Part shown: in pieces, positions 61,669 through 64,000 of the stretch | Position numbering within the stretch: position 1 is the first letter of the stretch | Layout: every line of letters begins with the position of its first letter | NCBI GenBank assembly: GCA_035531595.1 | Contig: DATKSN010000032.1 | Span: 20,801-84,800, forward strand | DNA from: Pirellulales bacterium | Lineage (GTDB): Bacteria > Planctomycetota > Planctomycetia > Pirellulales > JAICIG01 | DNA: 64,000 nt | Reading direction: 5' to 3' | Notes under the pieces: model-generated | What the model was told of the DNA's origin: nothing | The model's input: only the letters and a program-made list of their open reading frames with translations | Databases searched by the model: none | Program-made: the position numbers and the translations under genes

Positions 61669-63369
61669 TCACGACGCGGGACGGACGAGGCGCCGATACC
61701 AGCGTCGAACGGGCTCCGCCCACGGACCAAGCAAGGCGTAGGCCAGCAGAATCCACGACTCCCGCGAACGGAACTGCTGTCGCACGGCCCCCCAGGCGTG
61801 TTTGCGGGCCGTCGCGTAGTGCCCCGCATGAAACGCACGCCACGCCCAGTACCGCTGGTACTCCAATTCCGTCGGCGGCGCCGCTTGGGGGGGCAACACA
61901 TCATCGCTGAAACTCAGTCCGCGGCGTCGATAAGAGTCAGCCAGAACGTTCCGGGCGAGCTCGCGCGCCCGCTCGAAGCGACGAAAGCTCTCGTGTTGGA
62001 AGTGCAGGCGATACTCGATGAGCACCTCGGCCAGGTTGGCCAACCGGCCGCGCTCGGCCAGCCTAAGACAGAGGTCCATGTCTTCCGCTCCGTCGAACGC
62101 TTCGCGATAGCCGTTCGCGGCGAGCAGTGCCGAGCGCCTCGCCATCAACGACGGGTGTAGCAATACAAGCCGGCCGGCCAACAACTCGGCGTCGATTTCC
62201 GCATGCGTCACGGGCCGCCGCTCCTCGAAAAGCGCGGTGCCGTCCGCGTCGATGTACCGAAGACTCGTGCCCACCGCATCACACTCCGGGTGCTCGCGGA
62301 GGTACACGACTTGCCGCGTGAAACGATCCGGCAAGGAAACGTCGTCCGCGTCCATTCGCGCGACGTACTCGCCCTGTGCCATGCCAAGCGCTTCGTTGAG
62401 CGCCCGAGTTCGGCCCGTGTTCGAGCGGCTGAGGAAGCGGATGCGGCCGTCGCGCCGCGCATACCTCTCGAGGATTGCCCGCGTGTCGTCCGTGGAACCA
62501 TCGTCGACGATCAGGAACTCGAAATCGGTGAACGTCTGGCATCGCACGCTGTCCAGTGCCTGGGGTAGGAATCTCTCGCCATTGTATACGGCCATGAGCA
62601 CGGAAACCTGCGGCGAGGTCATTGGCTTGAGTAGCGGCCCGCTGGTGGGCGACGGGGCCGGCGATTTTGGCCAACGCCAGGCAATTCGACCGCCGCCCGC
62701 CGTCCAACATGGTTCCTGTTTTTCGGCCTCGCAGATCAAACGCGAATTCAGCCGCGTTTCGCGGTTTCGCAGCGCCGGCCATTCGCTCCGCCCCCATGCC
62801 GCGTCGCGGATCACGTCGAAACCGGCCTCGCGCAAACGACGGTACAACTCTTCCCGGTCGTAGAGCCACTGATGGCCCCACCAGCGGAACATGACGTTGA
62901 CCATCTCCGCGCGGGTCTGGACGAACTGGTGCGGAGGGTCGGTCAGCCAGTCCTCCCCTTCGCGCCAATCGCCGCGCACGCACTTTACGAGCAGATCGTC
63001 GAGCGACGGCATGGCGATACGCAACACGCCGCCAGGCTTGAGCACCCGACGGCATTCGTTCAGGAAGGCCAATCCCTGCGGCACGCTGAGGTGTTCCAGC
63101 ATGTGTTCCGAGTAGATCGCCTCGCAACAATCGTCAGGTACGGGGATGCCCTGTGACAGATCCCACGCGAGATCGATCGAAAGCACGTCGCGGCGCAGGT
63201 CGATATTGACCCAGCCGTCGAAGTGTACCGCTCCACAGCCGGCGTTGATCCTGTACGGCGGAGCGAAGGCGGCCAGGCGCCGGCGAGCGTAGGCCATCCG
63301 TCGCGCGTCGGCCACGCGCTTGAGCGCTCGCCAGGGGGGCCTTAAGACCTTTCGTACCAGGGGATGCAT
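61669..63369 (-). CDS. Bifunctional SAM-methyltransferase / family-2 glycosyltransferase (paralogue 2)
   Basis: One uninterrupted frame. The N-terminal half has INAGCGAVHFDGWVNIDL and RVLKPGGVLRIAMP (Methyltransf_11-like). The C-terminal half has VSVLMAVYNGERFLPQALDSVRCQTFTDFEFLIVDDGSTD and ARMDADD. Start taken at MHPLVRK (63369); the ORF opens at 63417. Confidence 0.7.
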   Translation of the reverse strand: MHPLVRKVLRPPWRALKRVADARRMAYARRRLAAFAPPYRINAGCGAVHFDGWVNIDLRRDVLSIDLAWDLSQGIPVPDDCCEAIYSEHMLEHLSVPQGLAFLNECRRVLKPGGVLRIAMPSLDDLLVKCVRGDWREGEDWLTDPPHQFVQTRAEMVNVMFRWWGHQWLYDREELYRRLREAGFDVIRDAAWGRSEWPALRNRETRLNSRLICEAEKQEPCWTAGGGRIAWRWPKSPAPSPTSGPLLKPMTSPQVSVLMAVYNGERFLPQALDSVRCQTFTDFEFLIVDDGSTDDTRAILERYARRDGRIRFLSRSNTGRTRALNEALGMAQGEYVARMDADDVSLPDRFTRQVVYLREHPECDAVGTSLRYIDADGTALFEERRPVTHAEIDAELLAGRLVLLHPSLMARRSALLAANGYREAFDGAEDMDLCLRLAERGRLANLAEVLIEYRLHFQHESFRRFERARELARNVLADSYRRRGLSFSDDVLPPQAAPPTELEYQRYWAWRAFHAGHYATARKHAWGAVRQQFRSRESWILLAYALLGPWAEPVRRWYRRLVRPAS

Positions 63370-63380
63370 GGGCCGATTCC

Positions 63381-64000
63381 CTATTCCGCCTGCTCTGGGA
63401 TCGGCCGCGTGATCCATTCCAAGCGCGGACGCACGGCGCCGATCAGCTTACCGAACCAGCGAATGGGCCGCTCCGTCTCGTGAACCTCGAACATCGCCAC
63501 GTTTTCAAGGTCGACGATCGGCACCGCCTCGTCCTCCACCACCAGGAGCCGGACACGGTAAACCCCGTCGTTCAGCAGGTCAGCCGGCACACGGCATGTG
63601 CTGCGGAACAGGCCCCGCGGCAGCATCGCGGCCGGCGCGATCGAATTGAAGATACAGACCCCTTCCAGATTATACAGCACCAGATTCAGGCTCAACTCGG
63701 CTTCCGGCAGGAGATTCCAGCACTCGAAGACGATCACGAGCGGCGTGACGATCGTGAGCGCGGCCCGCTGGTCGCCCTCGGCCGGCACAACCGCGACCCG
63801 CCGCAGGCGGACGCTGTCGTTACCCGGCGCGGTTTCCGGCGAATCCCAGGTCCGCTGGCTCGCAAGCCGCTCACCGGAATCAATGTAACGATTCACCACC
63901 TCGGCCGTCGGCCCATGGCTGGCAATCCGCCCTTGGTCGAGCCAAACCGTCGTCTTGCAGAGGCTCCGTACAGCAGCCAGATTGTGGCTGACGAATAGGA
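63381..64000 (-). CDS. ABC-transporter ATP-binding protein with Wzt-type C-terminal glycan-binding domain (partial, continues beyond window)
   Basis: The reading frame stays open to the window edge. The upstream part reads FVSHNLAAVRSLCKTTVWLDQGRIASHGPTAEV (H-loop end of an ABC NBD), followed by a ~170-aa beta-rich extension as in O-antigen exporter Wzt/TagH proteins. Confidence 0.7.
   Translation of the reverse strand, partial: LFVSHNLAAVRSLCKTTVWLDQGRIASHGPTAEVVNRYIDSGERLASQRTWDSPETAPGNDSVRLRRVAVVPAEGDQRAALTIVTPLVIVFECWNLLPEAELSLNLVLYNLEGVCIFNSIAPAAMLPRGLFRSTCRVPADLLNDGVYRVRLLVVEDEAVPIVDLENVAMFEVHETERPIRWFGKLIGAVRPRLEWITRPIPEQAE

Overview
GC-rich bacterial chromosome segment (about two-thirds G+C by eye, not computed). 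The gene content points to Planctomycetota, probably Pirellulales-like: a DUF1549/DUF1553 + DUF1501 gene pair plus a solo DUF1501, prenyltransferase-like/HEAT secreted proteins, a giant beta-helix/PKD/DUF4214 protein, and fliFGHIJ. Layout: (i) 0.08-18.8 kb holds 17 co-directional genes of a Wzx/Wzy-type polysaccharide cluster. It encodes a PCP co-polymerase, a BY-kinase-like ATPase, an initiating phosphoglycosyl transferase, a flippase, a Wzy/O-antigen-ligase-like protein, four glycosyltransferases (GTs) and nucleotide-sugar enzymes, including a GDP-mannose-3,5-epimerase-like protein, an RfbF-like protein and an RmlC-like protein. (ii) 18.9-30.9 kb holds the giant secreted protein, a lipoprotein hydrolase, a beta-propeller protein, a Zn-ADH + aldo/keto reductase pair, a DUF4142 protein, a LysM-L,D-transpeptidase and pyrE. 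(iii) 31.0-36.3 kb is fliF-fliG-fliH-fliI-fliJ. (iv) 36.3-43.7 kb is a decay zone with an esterase, a DUF11 protein, a broken CE15 esterase, a histidine-kinase relic, repeat debris and a truncated-looking ECF sigma factor. (v) 44.9-53.5 kb holds a transglutaminase-like/DUF1549-1553/DUF1501 operon, unknown secreted proteins and a second DUF1501. (vi) 53.6-59.3 kb holds an antitoxin plus a broken PIN toxin, a ferritin-like protein, a HEAT protein, a lipoate-ligase-like protein, a methyltransferase and a prenyltransferase-like protein. (vii) 59.4-64.0 kb is a second glycan cluster of the ABC-transporter (Wzt) type that runs off the window. I found no rRNA, tRNA, CRISPR array, transposase or integrase. 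The strongest non-genic signal is a dense, multi-family repeat landscape. It includes a ~150-bp palindromic MITE-like element (6 copies, one inside a Wzy-like gene without breaking the frame, one supplying the C-terminus and stop of an SDR gene). It also includes a nested-palindrome REP family (6 loci, twice supplying TAG stops) and heptad-periodic tandem tracts in four intergenic spacers, two of them inside the flagellar operon. The most interesting protein-level observation is a degenerate GGDEF-like domain that keeps an RxxD site and is fused to the initiating sugar transferase. All homology statements come from reading the translations and from memory of the families; no searches were run.
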